A stretch of 64,000 nucleotides of DNA from the NCBI GenBank assembly GCA_044221725.1, contig JBGAON010000002.1:256001-320000 (forward strand), in the 5' to 3' direction. Both the position numbers and the translations under genes were made by a program. This DNA comes from Elusimicrobiota bacterium (lineage in GTDB: Bacteria; Elusimicrobiota; Elusimicrobia; F11). Under the pieces are notes generated by a model. The model did not search any database. It was not told where the DNA came from and worked only from the letters and a program-made list of their open reading frames with translations. Position 1 is the first letter of the stretch. Every line of letters begins with the position of its first letter. Positions 1 to 8,969 of this stretch are shown here, piece by piece.

Positions 1-226
1 TGGACGCTCTTGAGCTTTGCGGAACAATTGAGTGATCGCTCTGGAATTTTTTTAGCCACACTTGGGTACCGTCCGTCGATCCGTCGTCCACAAGAATGAC
101 TTCCATCGGCCACTCGAGCACGCCGATCTTCTCGAGAAGCTGGGGAAGAAATATTTTTTCGTTGTAAACCGGGATGATCACCGACAAAAGTCGGAGCGGC
201 GGGAGTTCCATCGTTTCAGTTGGCAT
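1..226 (-). CDS. Glycosyltransferase family 2 (polyprenol-phosphate/DPM1-like), N-terminal part; runs off the window edge
   Basis: Not in the ORF track. Manual reverse-strand translation from ATG at 226 gives MPTETMELPPLRLLSVIIPVYNEK...EVILVDDGSTDGT, the GT2 N-terminal motifs. The ATG overlaps the TAA of the upstream gene (TAATG). Confidence 0.85.
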   Translation of the reverse strand, partial: MPTETMELPPLRLLSVIIPVYNEKIFLPQLLEKIGVLEWPMEVILVDDGSTDGTQVWLKKFQSDHSIVPQSSRAS

Positions 227-1575
227 TAGAGCGCAGCGTCATAACTCTTAGAATTTTTGACCGTAGACTTTAACTTTGCAAGCCCCAGGCCAGCGAAAAG
301 AAAAATACTGGGCATGAGTGGTATGCGGTAACGAGCGCCCGTTCCAAATCCGATGCTCACCACAAAGAAATACGCCGCGGTTCCGAGCAACCAAAAGAAA
401 ATCTCTCGATGATCGTGCCACGCAGAGAAAAGCCCGACGAGAGCTAACAAATAGAGCATTCCGAGATACGTCAAATAAATCATTAGCGATGCACCAAGGA
501 TTTTGTGTCGGGCCCAAAGATTCGAAACTTGCGAGAAGTTGCTGTCTTTCGGATGAACTTCAACTTCGGCCGGATTGTAGCGTCGGTCTTTAAAAAACAT
601 CCACGCCGATGCTTTCATTCCGTTTCCCGCAATCAGTCGGATCGATTCTTGGAACAGCACGATGGCGTAATCTTTTGGATGGCGGAGAACGTACCGAGAC
701 GCCCATAAACTTTTTTCGATGGATTCATCGGCGCCCGGAGCGGGATTGGGATGTTCGTCGCGAAATAGCCTTTCCACCCTTTCGCACGCTTGGGGATACG
801 TAAGATTGCTTAATCGTTCTTCGAGAATCACCGCGCGCGTTAGGCCTTGAATCGTGGATATGGTGAAGGAACCAGAAACGGCTTTGTTCCGAGCCATCCA
901 CCCCATGGGAAGCAACGCGGCCGCGATGACAAACAAAACAGCGTGTTGGAAAGCATCGCGCAGATTTTTGCGAATTCCAAGGATGCCGATGATGCCGAGG
1001 GGAATAGCGAAATAATAAATGCTGACAGGGCGAACCATCGTGCACACGCCGGACAAAAATCCAGAAAAAAGGAGGGCGCCCATTCGTTCGTTTGGTTTCT
1101 CGAGAAAACGCGCAAACAAATAAAACATAAAAACCAAAAGAAAAAGGAACAGCGCTTCGGTCATAATCAACGATGAATAGACGATGATGACGTAATCACA
1201 CGCCATCGCGAACGCAATCAATGATGCGGACAGCGAATCCGTTCCGAGGGAGCGGGCGGTCAAAAATAGAATTCCAACGGCGATGGCTCCGAGAATCGCT
1301 TGAATCCAAGTAATGAGAATGACGTTTGGATTTTTTAGTGCCGATACGATGGCGATAAAGACGGGGTACCCGGGCGTTCGTTCCGTATCGATTTTCAGGG
1401 GAACGGTATCCGACTGAGAGAAAACACGTTGAGACACCAGGTTTTTTGTTAGGAGCAAATAACCAACGCTGTCGTTCGTTTGATACTTGTCGGGCGACGG
1501 CCCCACGGCCAACAAGAAGGCGGCTCGTAGCAAAAAAGCACATCCGACCAGCATCAGAAAGCGCCGAGCGTTCAT
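226..1575 (-). CDS. GT-C fold (ArnT/PMT-like) polytopic membrane glycosyltransferase
   Basis: 449 aa with many hydrophobic helices. First-loop acidic motif NDSVGY, plus RTPGYP, LIMTEALF, MVRP and C-terminal RYRIP motifs typical of ArnT/GT39-like proteins. Confidence 0.75.
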   Translation of the reverse strand: MNARRFLMLVGCAFLLRAAFLLAVGPSPDKYQTNDSVGYLLLTKNLVSQRVFSQSDTVPLKIDTERTPGYPVFIAIVSALKNPNVILITWIQAILGAIAVGILFLTARSLGTDSLSASLIAFAMACDYVIIVYSSLIMTEALFLFLLVFMFYLFARFLEKPNERMGALLFSGFLSGVCTMVRPVSIYYFAIPLGIIGILGIRKNLRDAFQHAVLFVIAAALLPMGWMARNKAVSGSFTISTIQGLTRAVILEERLSNLTYPQACERVERLFRDEHPNPAPGADESIEKSLWASRYVLRHPKDYAIVLFQESIRLIAGNGMKASAWMFFKDRRYNPAEVEVHPKDSNFSQVSNLWARHKILGASLMIYLTYLGMLYLLALVGLFSAWHDHREIFFWLLGTAAYFFVVSIGFGTGARYRIPLMPSIFLFAGLGLAKLKSTVKNSKSYDAAL

Positions 1576-1599
1576 GCCTGGGCTTTATTTCCCGGATTG

Positions 1600-1628
1600 T
1601 TGACTTTCAGCGGATATCCCTGTATATT
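1600..1628 (+). promoter_or_regulatory. Putative sigma70-type promoter for the rightward operon
   Basis: TTGACT (1600-1605), 17-nt spacer, TATATT (1623-1628) in the divergent intergenic region. Confidence 0.6.
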
Positions 1629-1669
1629 TTTTTCACATGGCAATTATGCTTGATTTTTAAATACAAATC

Positions 1670-3181
1670 ATGACACCGATCTGCCTCATCATACCGCCTT
1701 CTCCGTTTTTACTCGACGAACGCGTTTTCATGACGTTGGGCCTGCTGCGGATTGCGGCCGTGCTTGAAAATTCCGGTCATTCCGTTGAACTTGTGGACCT
1801 TTCGGGAATCGAAAACTTCATTGAAGCGATTGAATGTCACGCGAAACAAACGCCAGGCGCCATCTTCGGACTGACCTCGACAACGCCGCAAATGCCGGCC
1901 GCCACTCGCATCGCCGAAACGATTCGCAAGGTGCGGCCGGACGCGAAATTGATTCTCGGTGGTCCTCATCCAACGTTGGTGCACGCCGCTTACCGCAAGG
2001 AAGTGCTAAAGAAACAATCCGGCCGCGCGACGTTTGCGATGGACAATTTGCTGAAGTTGTTTGATACGGTCGTGGCGGGCGACGGCGAAGAAGCTATTTT
2101 CTTGGCCATCGAGCCAACCGCTCCGAAATTGATTAATGCGGATGATCCAAAGTCCCAGCTTTTTCTTAGTAATCAACGGCTCAACGAACTTCCTTTTCCA
2201 GCGCGCCATCTCGTGGATGTTAATAGCTACCACTATTCAATCGAAGGTGAGCGCGCGCTCAGTATGATTGCGCAACTTGGATGTCCATTTGCGTGCGGGT
2301 TCTGCGGTGGGCGCGAGTCTGCGATGCTCAGACGGGTGCGCATGCGCACCACCAAAAGTGTTATCGATGAAATGAGAAGCCTCTATCAAACTTACGGTGT
2401 GCGCGGGTTCATGTTGTACGACGACGAGCTGAATGTAAATCCGCAGATGATCGAACTTATGAACGGCATCGCCGACTTACAGAAGCAATTGGGAGTGAAT
2501 TTTCAGTTGCGCGGATTCATTAAGTCGCAGTTGTTCAACGACGCTCAAGCGGAGGCCATGGTGCGCGCGGGTTTTCGTTGGATTTTAACCGGCTTCGAAT
2601 CCGGATCTCCGCGCATCCTGGAAAACATAAATAAGCGCGCCACGCGCGAAGAGAATACGCGTTGTCTCAATATTGCGCACAAGCACGGACTTAAGGTGAA
2701 GGCGCTCATGTCGATGGGCCATCCGGGCGAGACCATTGAAACGATAAAAGAAACTCAAAACTGGTTGCTTGAGACCAAACCCGACGATTTCGATCTCACC
2801 ATTATCACGACCTACCCGGGAACGCCGTATTACGACCAAGCGGTTCGCGATCCCAACAATCCTTCTGTGTGGGTGTACACGTTCGAGAAAAACGGTGATA
2901 AATTGTACAGCTATGAAGTCGATTACATGAAAGTGGCGGATTACTACAAAGGCGATCCTGATGGCGGTTACAAATCCTACGTTTATACGGATGCGCTCTC
3001 GGCGGACGAACTGGTTTACTGGCGAGACAAGGTGGAGCGCGACGTGCGCGCCGCGCTCAAGATTCCGTTTAATGCGAGCAAGCCGGCGGCTCGGTTTGAA
3101 CATTCGATGGGCCAGTTTGGATTGCCGCCCACGATTCTTCGAACATCAGCAAACCCGTCGATGCTGCGAAAAGCCCAGTAA
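1670..3181 (+). CDS. Cobalamin-binding radical SAM protein
   Basis: N-terminal B12-binding-like domain (LGLLRIAAVL, LILGGPHPT, GDGEEA), CPFACGFC (CxxxCxxC) motif, DDEL, GFESGS and YPGTPY motifs. Confidence 0.9.
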   Translation: MTPICLIIPPSPFLLDERVFMTLGLLRIAAVLENSGHSVELVDLSGIENFIEAIECHAKQTPGAIFGLTSTTPQMPAATRIAETIRKVRPDAKLILGGPHPTLVHAAYRKEVLKKQSGRATFAMDNLLKLFDTVVAGDGEEAIFLAIEPTAPKLINADDPKSQLFLSNQRLNELPFPARHLVDVNSYHYSIEGERALSMIAQLGCPFACGFCGGRESAMLRRVRMRTTKSVIDEMRSLYQTYGVRGFMLYDDELNVNPQMIELMNGIADLQKQLGVNFQLRGFIKSQLFNDAQAEAMVRAGFRWILTGFESGSPRILENINKRATREENTRCLNIAHKHGLKVKALMSMGHPGETIETIKETQNWLLETKPDDFDLTIITTYPGTPYYDQAVRDPNNPSVWVYTFEKNGDKLYSYEVDYMKVADYYKGDPDGGYKSYVYTDALSADELVYWRDKVERDVRAALKIPFNASKPAARFEHSMGQFGLPPTILRTSANPSMLRKAQ

Positions 3182-3930
3182 TGCTTTCGCTCATTATTCC
3201 TGTCTACAACGAAGCGGCCACACTTCCAGAAATTTGGGACATCTTGCAGGGGATTTCTTGGCCGTTTGAAGTCGAATTCATTGTTGTGGATGATGGTTCG
3301 AATGACGGCTCCGCGGCGGTAATCAAATCCCTGCGCGCCCGCCGGTTAAAAACAATTTTCCAGCCGACGAATCAAGGGAAAACGGCCGCCATTCTTGCGG
3401 GAATTGCCGCCTCCGAAGGCACCGTCATTGCGGTTCAGGATGCCGACTTGGAATACGATCCGCACGACTTGATTCGTGTTGTGCAGCCCGTCATCGACAA
3501 CAAGGCCGATGCGGTTTACGGTTCGCGCTTCAAACAATCCGGCGATCAAATTCAACGCACCTATCACCGCATTGGTGTGCGCCTGCTCACGTATTTTTCG
3601 AATCTGTGCACCGGAATCTATTTAACCGATCTCGAAGGGTGCTACAAAGCGTGGCGGACTGACTTGTTAAAGAATGTCATTGTCGCCTCCTCCGGTTTTG
3701 ATTTTGATCCCGAGGTTACAGCGAAAATTGCGAAGCTTCGGCTTCGCATGCACGAGGTCCACATTGCGTACTATCCGCGCGTTTATTCGGAGGGGAAGAA
3801 GATAAAGTTTTCCGACGGCATCACGGCCGGTTGGAGCCTCATTAAATACAGTTTTCTCACGCCTTTCGAAAAATGTTTTCGCCCCACGCTTCCCGAGCGG
3901 TATTTGTTTCCTTCTCAAAAAAGAGGTTAA
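3181..3930 (+). CDS. Glycosyltransferase family 2, DPM1/polyprenol-phosphate glycosyltransferase-like
   Basis: IIPVYNE, VDDGSNDG, NQGK, QDADLEYDP, YGSRF and EGKKI motifs. Confidence 0.9.
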   Translation: MLSLIIPVYNEAATLPEIWDILQGISWPFEVEFIVVDDGSNDGSAAVIKSLRARRLKTIFQPTNQGKTAAILAGIAASEGTVIAVQDADLEYDPHDLIRVVQPVIDNKADAVYGSRFKQSGDQIQRTYHRIGVRLLTYFSNLCTGIYLTDLEGCYKAWRTDLLKNVIVASSGFDFDPEVTAKIAKLRLRMHEVHIAYYPRVYSEGKKIKFSDGITAGWSLIKYSFLTPFEKCFRPTLPERYLFPSQKRG

Positions 3931-3935
3931 GGTCG

Positions 3936-4757
3936 GTGTCCGTGCTCAATTTCCTTCCCGATCTCAAATACAAATGCGCGCGATTCGTCGAAAACCGCCC
4001 GCTTTTGTCGAACGCCATCTACAACAATGTTTCGCGATTTAAATTTTTGTTTCCACACGAGAAGGACTACCATGGCATCCGTTTCTTCTGCCAAAGCTCC
4101 CCCGACACCGACTTCATTGATATCGGCGCAAACATTGGACTCTCGGCAATCGGTTTTCGAAAGCTCGGGTTCGAGAATCCGATGCAGTTGTTTGAAGCGA
4201 ACCCGTATCTTGCTGGATTTCTTGATCGTCTCGCAAAAGAGGACCGGGGCCTCCACGTGCACCAACTGGCGCTGGGCGCTGACAACAAACAGTTGTCTCT
4301 GTTTCTTGCGTACTACCGCGGCACTTGCCTGCACACGTTTTCGAGTTTTAATAGAGAATTTATCGAGCAATCGTTGCGACGAAGCTATCCGGAAAAATTT
4401 CGAGAGGTGGAGATTCGTGAGGTCGCCGTTCCGGTGCGGCGTTTTGACGATATTGGGTTTGAGCGGCCACCGCAGTTCATTAAAATCGATGTCGAAGGTT
4501 TTGAGCACGAGATTTTGCAAGGCATGACGCGCACGATCGAAAAATATCGGCCGGTGTTTCTCATCGAATACAACGCCTCGAATTTTTCTAAGGTTTTTGA
4601 AATGTTGAAAGCCCATTACGCGGTGTATGTTTATGAATTCAAAAACGATCGTGTTCGGCCGATTTCTGCGGAGGAGTTGCCACGATTGACCGACAGCAAT
4701 TATTTGTCTCATATCCGGAATGTTTTCTACGTGCCAAAAAAAAGAAATGAAAACTAA
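3936..4757 (+). CDS. FkbM-family methyltransferase
   Basis: IDIGANIG, FEAN and IKIDVEGFE motifs. Start placed at GTG 3936, downstream of AAGAGG. Confidence 0.85.
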   Translation: MSVLNFLPDLKYKCARFVENRPLLSNAIYNNVSRFKFLFPHEKDYHGIRFFCQSSPDTDFIDIGANIGLSAIGFRKLGFENPMQLFEANPYLAGFLDRLAKEDRGLHVHQLALGADNKQLSLFLAYYRGTCLHTFSSFNREFIEQSLRRSYPEKFREVEIREVAVPVRRFDDIGFERPPQFIKIDVEGFEHEILQGMTRTIEKYRPVFLIEYNASNFSKVFEMLKAHYAVYVYEFKNDRVRPISAEELPRLTDSNYLSHIRNVFYVPKKRNEN

Positions 4758-5286
4758 AAAAATAAACGACGAAGTGCTTTCGGTTGAAGATCCGATTCTG
4801 TGGATGTCGCGCAAGGATGTGCACGATCTCGTTTACCTTGCGCAAAAAAATCCACGAAAACGAATTCGCATCTGCGCGCATCGACAAGATTCTGAAAAGC
4901 ATCAGGAAATGTTTATCGTGCATATGAAGGGGGCGTATGTGCGTCCGCACCGGCACACAAGCCGAGCCGAGTCGTTCACGGTGTTGGAAGGCGTGGTTGA
5001 CGTCGTCATGTTTGACGAAAAAGGAAATATCGCGAACGTGATCCGCATGTCGGATTTTGCTTCCGGGTTTCCGTTCTATTACCGCATCGCTGAGCCGGTA
5101 TTCCATACGCTTATTATTCGGTCGGACTATTTGTTATTTAAGGAAAGCACGTCCGGGCCTTTCGTGCGCGAACAAACGGAATTTGCGCCCTGGGCGCCGG
5201 CCGACAATCAAGCGGCCGAGGTCGTGGCGTACAACGAACGGTTGAATGAAGAAATTGAACCGTTGCTAAAGGAAACTAAGAAATGA
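4747..5286 (+). CDS. WbuC-family cupin-fold metalloprotein
   Basis: RKRIRICAH, YVRPHRH...ESF, FHTL and ESTSGPF motifs. Start at ATG 4747. Confidence 0.8.
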   Translation: MKTKKINDEVLSVEDPILWMSRKDVHDLVYLAQKNPRKRIRICAHRQDSEKHQEMFIVHMKGAYVRPHRHTSRAESFTVLEGVVDVVMFDEKGNIANVIRMSDFASGFPFYYRIAEPVFHTLIIRSDYLLFKESTSGPFVREQTEFAPWAPADNQAAEVVAYNERLNEEIEPLLKETKK

Positions 5287-6014
5287 AATCGCAGCTGCAC
5301 ACTTTAATCGTTGGCGGAACAAAAGGGTTGGGGCGTGCCATTGCTGCGCACATCGCATCGACCGGGCATCGCGTTTCGATTATTTCGCGCAATCCTTCCG
5401 CGAAGAACGTTTCAAAAAACATACTTTGGTCGCACGCTGATATTGCGGAGCACAAATCCGTTCGTGCGGCGCTCCAAGAAATTGCGCACGCGAACGGCCC
5501 GCTGGACAATATCGTGCTCACACAGCGTTTCCGCGGAACGGACGACGTTTGGGCCGGCGAGATCGATGCAACAATTACGGGCACGCGCAATGTGATCGAG
5601 GTCGGTGCTGATTTTTTTAAGAAGAACGGAACAAAATCAATTGTTGTGGTGGGATCGGTTGCCGGTCGCGCGATCGTGGATGACCAGCCGGCGTCGTACC
5701 ACATGGCGAAGGCCGCGCAAGATCAACTGGTTCGCTATTACGCCGTGACGCTGGGAAAAGAGCAAATCCGCGTAAACGGAATCACGCCGTGCGCGTTTGT
5801 TAAGGAAGAATCGCGCAAACATTACGGCCAAAAACAGTTTCAAGATTTTTATCGGAAAATGGCGCCGCTTGGCCGCATGGTCACTGCCAGCGATTTGAGC
5901 GCGCTCGTGGAATTTCTCACAAGTCCTTCCTGCTTTCTCACGGGGCAAATTATTACGATCGATGGCGGAATTTCGCTGTTGTGGCCCGAAGCCGCCGCGC
6001 GGAGAGTTCGGTGA
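5283..6014 (+). CDS. Short-chain dehydrogenase/reductase (classical SDR)
   Basis: GGTKGLG, YHMAK (YxxxK), IRVNGITP and TGQIITIDGG motifs. Confidence 0.85.
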   Translation: MKSQLHTLIVGGTKGLGRAIAAHIASTGHRVSIISRNPSAKNVSKNILWSHADIAEHKSVRAALQEIAHANGPLDNIVLTQRFRGTDDVWAGEIDATITGTRNVIEVGADFFKKNGTKSIVVVGSVAGRAIVDDQPASYHMAKAAQDQLVRYYAVTLGKEQIRVNGITPCAFVKEESRKHYGQKQFQDFYRKMAPLGRMVTASDLSALVEFLTSPSCFLTGQIITIDGGISLLWPEAAARRVR

Positions 6015-7249
6015 AATTCCATCGCAAGAGAGAAACGTGCCGATTGTGTGATTCCAAAAATCTCGAACTCGTGATTCATTTGAATCCGATTCCGGCCGCT
6101 GATCGGTACGTGTCGGCCGATCAGAAAGGAAAGCCGCAGGAGTTGTATCCACTCGATTTGTATTTGTGTCTGACGTGCGGTCACGCGCAATTGTTGGATG
6201 TTGTCGAGGCCAGCGAATTGTTCCGGGACTACCTTTACATGACGTCGACATCGTTGGGTCTCGTGGAGCATTTCAAGAATTACGCCAACGAGGTTTGTTC
6301 GGCGTTTCCGTTTGCGAAGGATTCGCGCGTGGTGGAAATCGGCAGCAACGAGGGCGTTTTGCTTAACTTCTTCAAGCAAAAAGGGTTTCGCGTGCTGGGC
6401 GTGGATCCGGCGAAGCAGATCGCCGAAAAGGCGACGGGCGCGGGACTTGAGACGTGGCCCGAATTCTTTACGAAAGCGATTGCCGAAAAAATCCGCAACG
6501 AGCGCGGAGCCGCTGCGATTGTTGCGGCCAATAACGTGTTTGCGCACAACGACGATTTGGCCGGCATGGCCGACGGCGTCCGTTTGCTGCTCCAGCCGGA
6601 CGGCATATTTGTGTTCGAAGCAAACTATCTTGGCGATCTCGTCGAGAAAAAGCTCTTCGATATTATTTATCACGAGCATTTGAGTTATCACTCGGTGAAA
6701 CCGCTGCAGTCGTTCCTTGCTCGCCACGGTCTGGAACTCATTCACGTAAAGCGCGTGCCGACGAAAGTAGGATCCATTCGTTGTGTCGCGCAGCTCGCCA
6801 ACGGGCCGCGCAAACGCGACCAAAGCGTTGATGCGTTGCTCGCGTTTGAAAAAGAACGCAAATTGGACCGCCCGGAGACATTTCGCGCGCTGGATCGTGA
6901 ATTGCAAAAAATGCGTGCCCGCATGAACGAGTTGATTGCGGGTCTTAAAAAAGAGGGGAAGAAAATAGCCGGGTACGGCGCGGCTCCGAGCTCGACAACG
7001 CTTATTTATTTCTTCGGCCTTCAGCCGGTGATGGATTTTATTGTGGACGATAATCCTCTCAAGCAGGGCCGTTTTTCACCTGGTTGTCATTTGCCGGTGA
7101 TCCCGTCGGACAATCTCGTGAAGCTAAAACCCGATTATGTTATTGTCCTCGCGTGGCCCTACATCCATACAATTGTCGAGAGAAATAAAATTTATCGCGA
7201 CCAGGGTGGAAAATTCATTGTGCCGTTGCCCGACGTGAGCGTCATTTAA
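6011..7249 (+). CDS. NDP-sugar C-methyltransferase (zinc-binding, class I SAM-dependent)
   Basis: CRLC...CLTCGHAQL zinc site, EIGSNEG, ANNVFAH, IYHEHLSY, GYGA and KQGRFSPG motifs. GTG start at 6011 overlaps the SDR stop. Confidence 0.85.
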   Translation: MKFHRKRETCRLCDSKNLELVIHLNPIPAADRYVSADQKGKPQELYPLDLYLCLTCGHAQLLDVVEASELFRDYLYMTSTSLGLVEHFKNYANEVCSAFPFAKDSRVVEIGSNEGVLLNFFKQKGFRVLGVDPAKQIAEKATGAGLETWPEFFTKAIAEKIRNERGAAAIVAANNVFAHNDDLAGMADGVRLLLQPDGIFVFEANYLGDLVEKKLFDIIYHEHLSYHSVKPLQSFLARHGLELIHVKRVPTKVGSIRCVAQLANGPRKRDQSVDALLAFEKERKLDRPETFRALDRELQKMRARMNELIAGLKKEGKKIAGYGAAPSSTTLIYFFGLQPVMDFIVDDNPLKQGRFSPGCHLPVIPSDNLVKLKPDYVIVLAWPYIHTIVERNKIYRDQGGKFIVPLPDVSVI

Positions 7250-7251
7250 CG

Positions 7252-7965
7252 ATGGCGAAAGTTTCTATTTCTATTGCGATTCCCGCCTACAACGAAGAAG
7301 GAAACATCGAATTGGCCGTTCAATACGCCATTCGCGGGCTCAAAGATTACTTTTCGTCCTATGAAATCATTGTTGTGAACGATGGTAGCTCGGACAAGAC
7401 CGGCGAAATCATTAACCGCTTGGCCGCGACGAATCCCAACGTGAAGGCGCTTCATCACGCGAAGAATCAGGGAATGGGCGAAAGTTTGCACACGGGCTTC
7501 ATGGCGGCCACGAAAGAATACGTGGGGTCTTTCCCAGGCGATAACGGTTTTGATGTGGAATCCTGGGGCGATATGTTGCGTATTGTCGGAGAGGCCGACA
7601 TTGTGTCGTATTATCTCGGTAATCCCGAATTTCGTCCGTGGTACCGCCGCACCGTCTCGTGGAGCTACGTGACCTTATTGAACACGGTTTTCGGATTGTC
7701 GAACCACTATTACAACGGTCACGCGGTGTACCGCCGAGAAGACATTCAAACACTGCCGTATCTTACGAACGGCCACACGTTCTTGTCCGAATGTTTAATT
7801 CGATTGCAGAAGCGCGGACTCACTTTCAAGGAAGTGCCAACCATCCAGATCGAACGGAAAACCGGGAAGACCAAGGCGTTCACCGCGAGAAATTTCCGCG
7901 ATGTGTTCAAATTGTTGTTCCTGCTTCCGTTTGATATGTCCCGGCGTCTGCCGGCGGTTCAATGA
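7252..7965 (+). CDS. Glycosyltransferase family 2 (DPM-like)
   Basis: IPAYNEE, VNDGSSD, NQGMG, PGDN and RKTGKTK motifs. Confidence 0.85.
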   Translation: MAKVSISIAIPAYNEEGNIELAVQYAIRGLKDYFSSYEIIVVNDGSSDKTGEIINRLAATNPNVKALHHAKNQGMGESLHTGFMAATKEYVGSFPGDNGFDVESWGDMLRIVGEADIVSYYLGNPEFRPWYRRTVSWSYVTLLNTVFGLSNHYYNGHAVYRREDIQTLPYLTNGHTFLSECLIRLQKRGLTFKEVPTIQIERKTGKTKAFTARNFRDVFKLLFLLPFDMSRRLPAVQ

Positions 7966-8969
7966 CCGCGTTCACGTCGACACTCGTCACGGGCGGTCTC
8001 GGTTTTATCGGGAGTCATTTGGTGGATCGTTTGTTGGCGGATGGTTGCAACGTGTGCGTGCTCGACAATCTCGCCACGGGCCGCGAATCAAACCTGAAGC
8101 ACCATTCAAAAAATCCGAAGTTGAAAGTTTTTAAGGTGGATATCGCGACGGCTTCGGATCTCAATAAATATTTTGCGGGAATCGATGCGGTGTTTCACTT
8201 GGCGGCGTTGGCGGACATTGTGCCTTCCATCCAAAATCCGCTCGCGTACTTTGAGGCGAATGTCACCGGCACATCGCGTGTGCTCGAAGCGGCGCGCGCG
8301 GCGAACGTAAAGCGTTTCGCTTATGCGGCCTCGTCCTCCTGCTACGGAATTCCGGATGTTTATCCCACGCCCGAAACCGCCGCCATCAAACCGGAATACC
8401 CCTACGCGCTCACGAAAAATCTCGGCGAGCAATTGGTTTTGCATTGGGGAAAGATTTACAAAATGTCGGTTGTGTCCACGCGGTTCTTCAACGTCTACGG
8501 TCCACGTTCGCGCACGACGGGCGCCTACGGTGCGGTGTTCGGTGTTTTTCTTGCGCAGAAGTTGGCTGGGAAAAACCTTACGATTGTCGGCGATGGAACA
8601 CAGACGCGGGACTTTACTTTTGTTACGGACGTGGTCGATGCGATGATGAGCGCGGCAAAAAGCGATGCCAACGGCGAAATTTTTAATGTCGGCTCCGGAC
8701 AAACCGTATCGGTTAACCGCATCGCCGAATTGATTGGCGGAACGAAATCCTACATTCCGAAACGGCCTGGCGAACCCGATTCAACATTCGCCGATATCTC
8801 AAAGATTAAAAGAACGCTGGGGTGGAGCCCGAAGGTGCCCATTGAGCAAGGGGTTCAAACGATGATGAGCAGCATTTCCGATTGGAAAGACGCGCCCGTG
8901 TGGACACCCGAAACAATCGCCGACGCGACAAAGGACTGGTTTAAATATTTGTCAAAGGAGACGGCGTGA
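7962..8969 (+). CDS. NAD-dependent nucleotide-sugar epimerase/dehydratase
   Basis: TGGLGFIGSH, HLAALA, ASSSCYG, YALTK, FNVYGP and GDGTQTRDF motifs. Confidence 0.9.
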   Translation: MTAFTSTLVTGGLGFIGSHLVDRLLADGCNVCVLDNLATGRESNLKHHSKNPKLKVFKVDIATASDLNKYFAGIDAVFHLAALADIVPSIQNPLAYFEANVTGTSRVLEAARAANVKRFAYAASSSCYGIPDVYPTPETAAIKPEYPYALTKNLGEQLVLHWGKIYKMSVVSTRFFNVYGPRSRTTGAYGAVFGVFLAQKLAGKNLTIVGDGTQTRDFTFVTDVVDAMMSAAKSDANGEIFNVGSGQTVSVNRIAELIGGTKSYIPKRPGEPDSTFADISKIKRTLGWSPKVPIEQGVQTMMSSISDWKDAPVWTPETIADATKDWFKYLSKETA

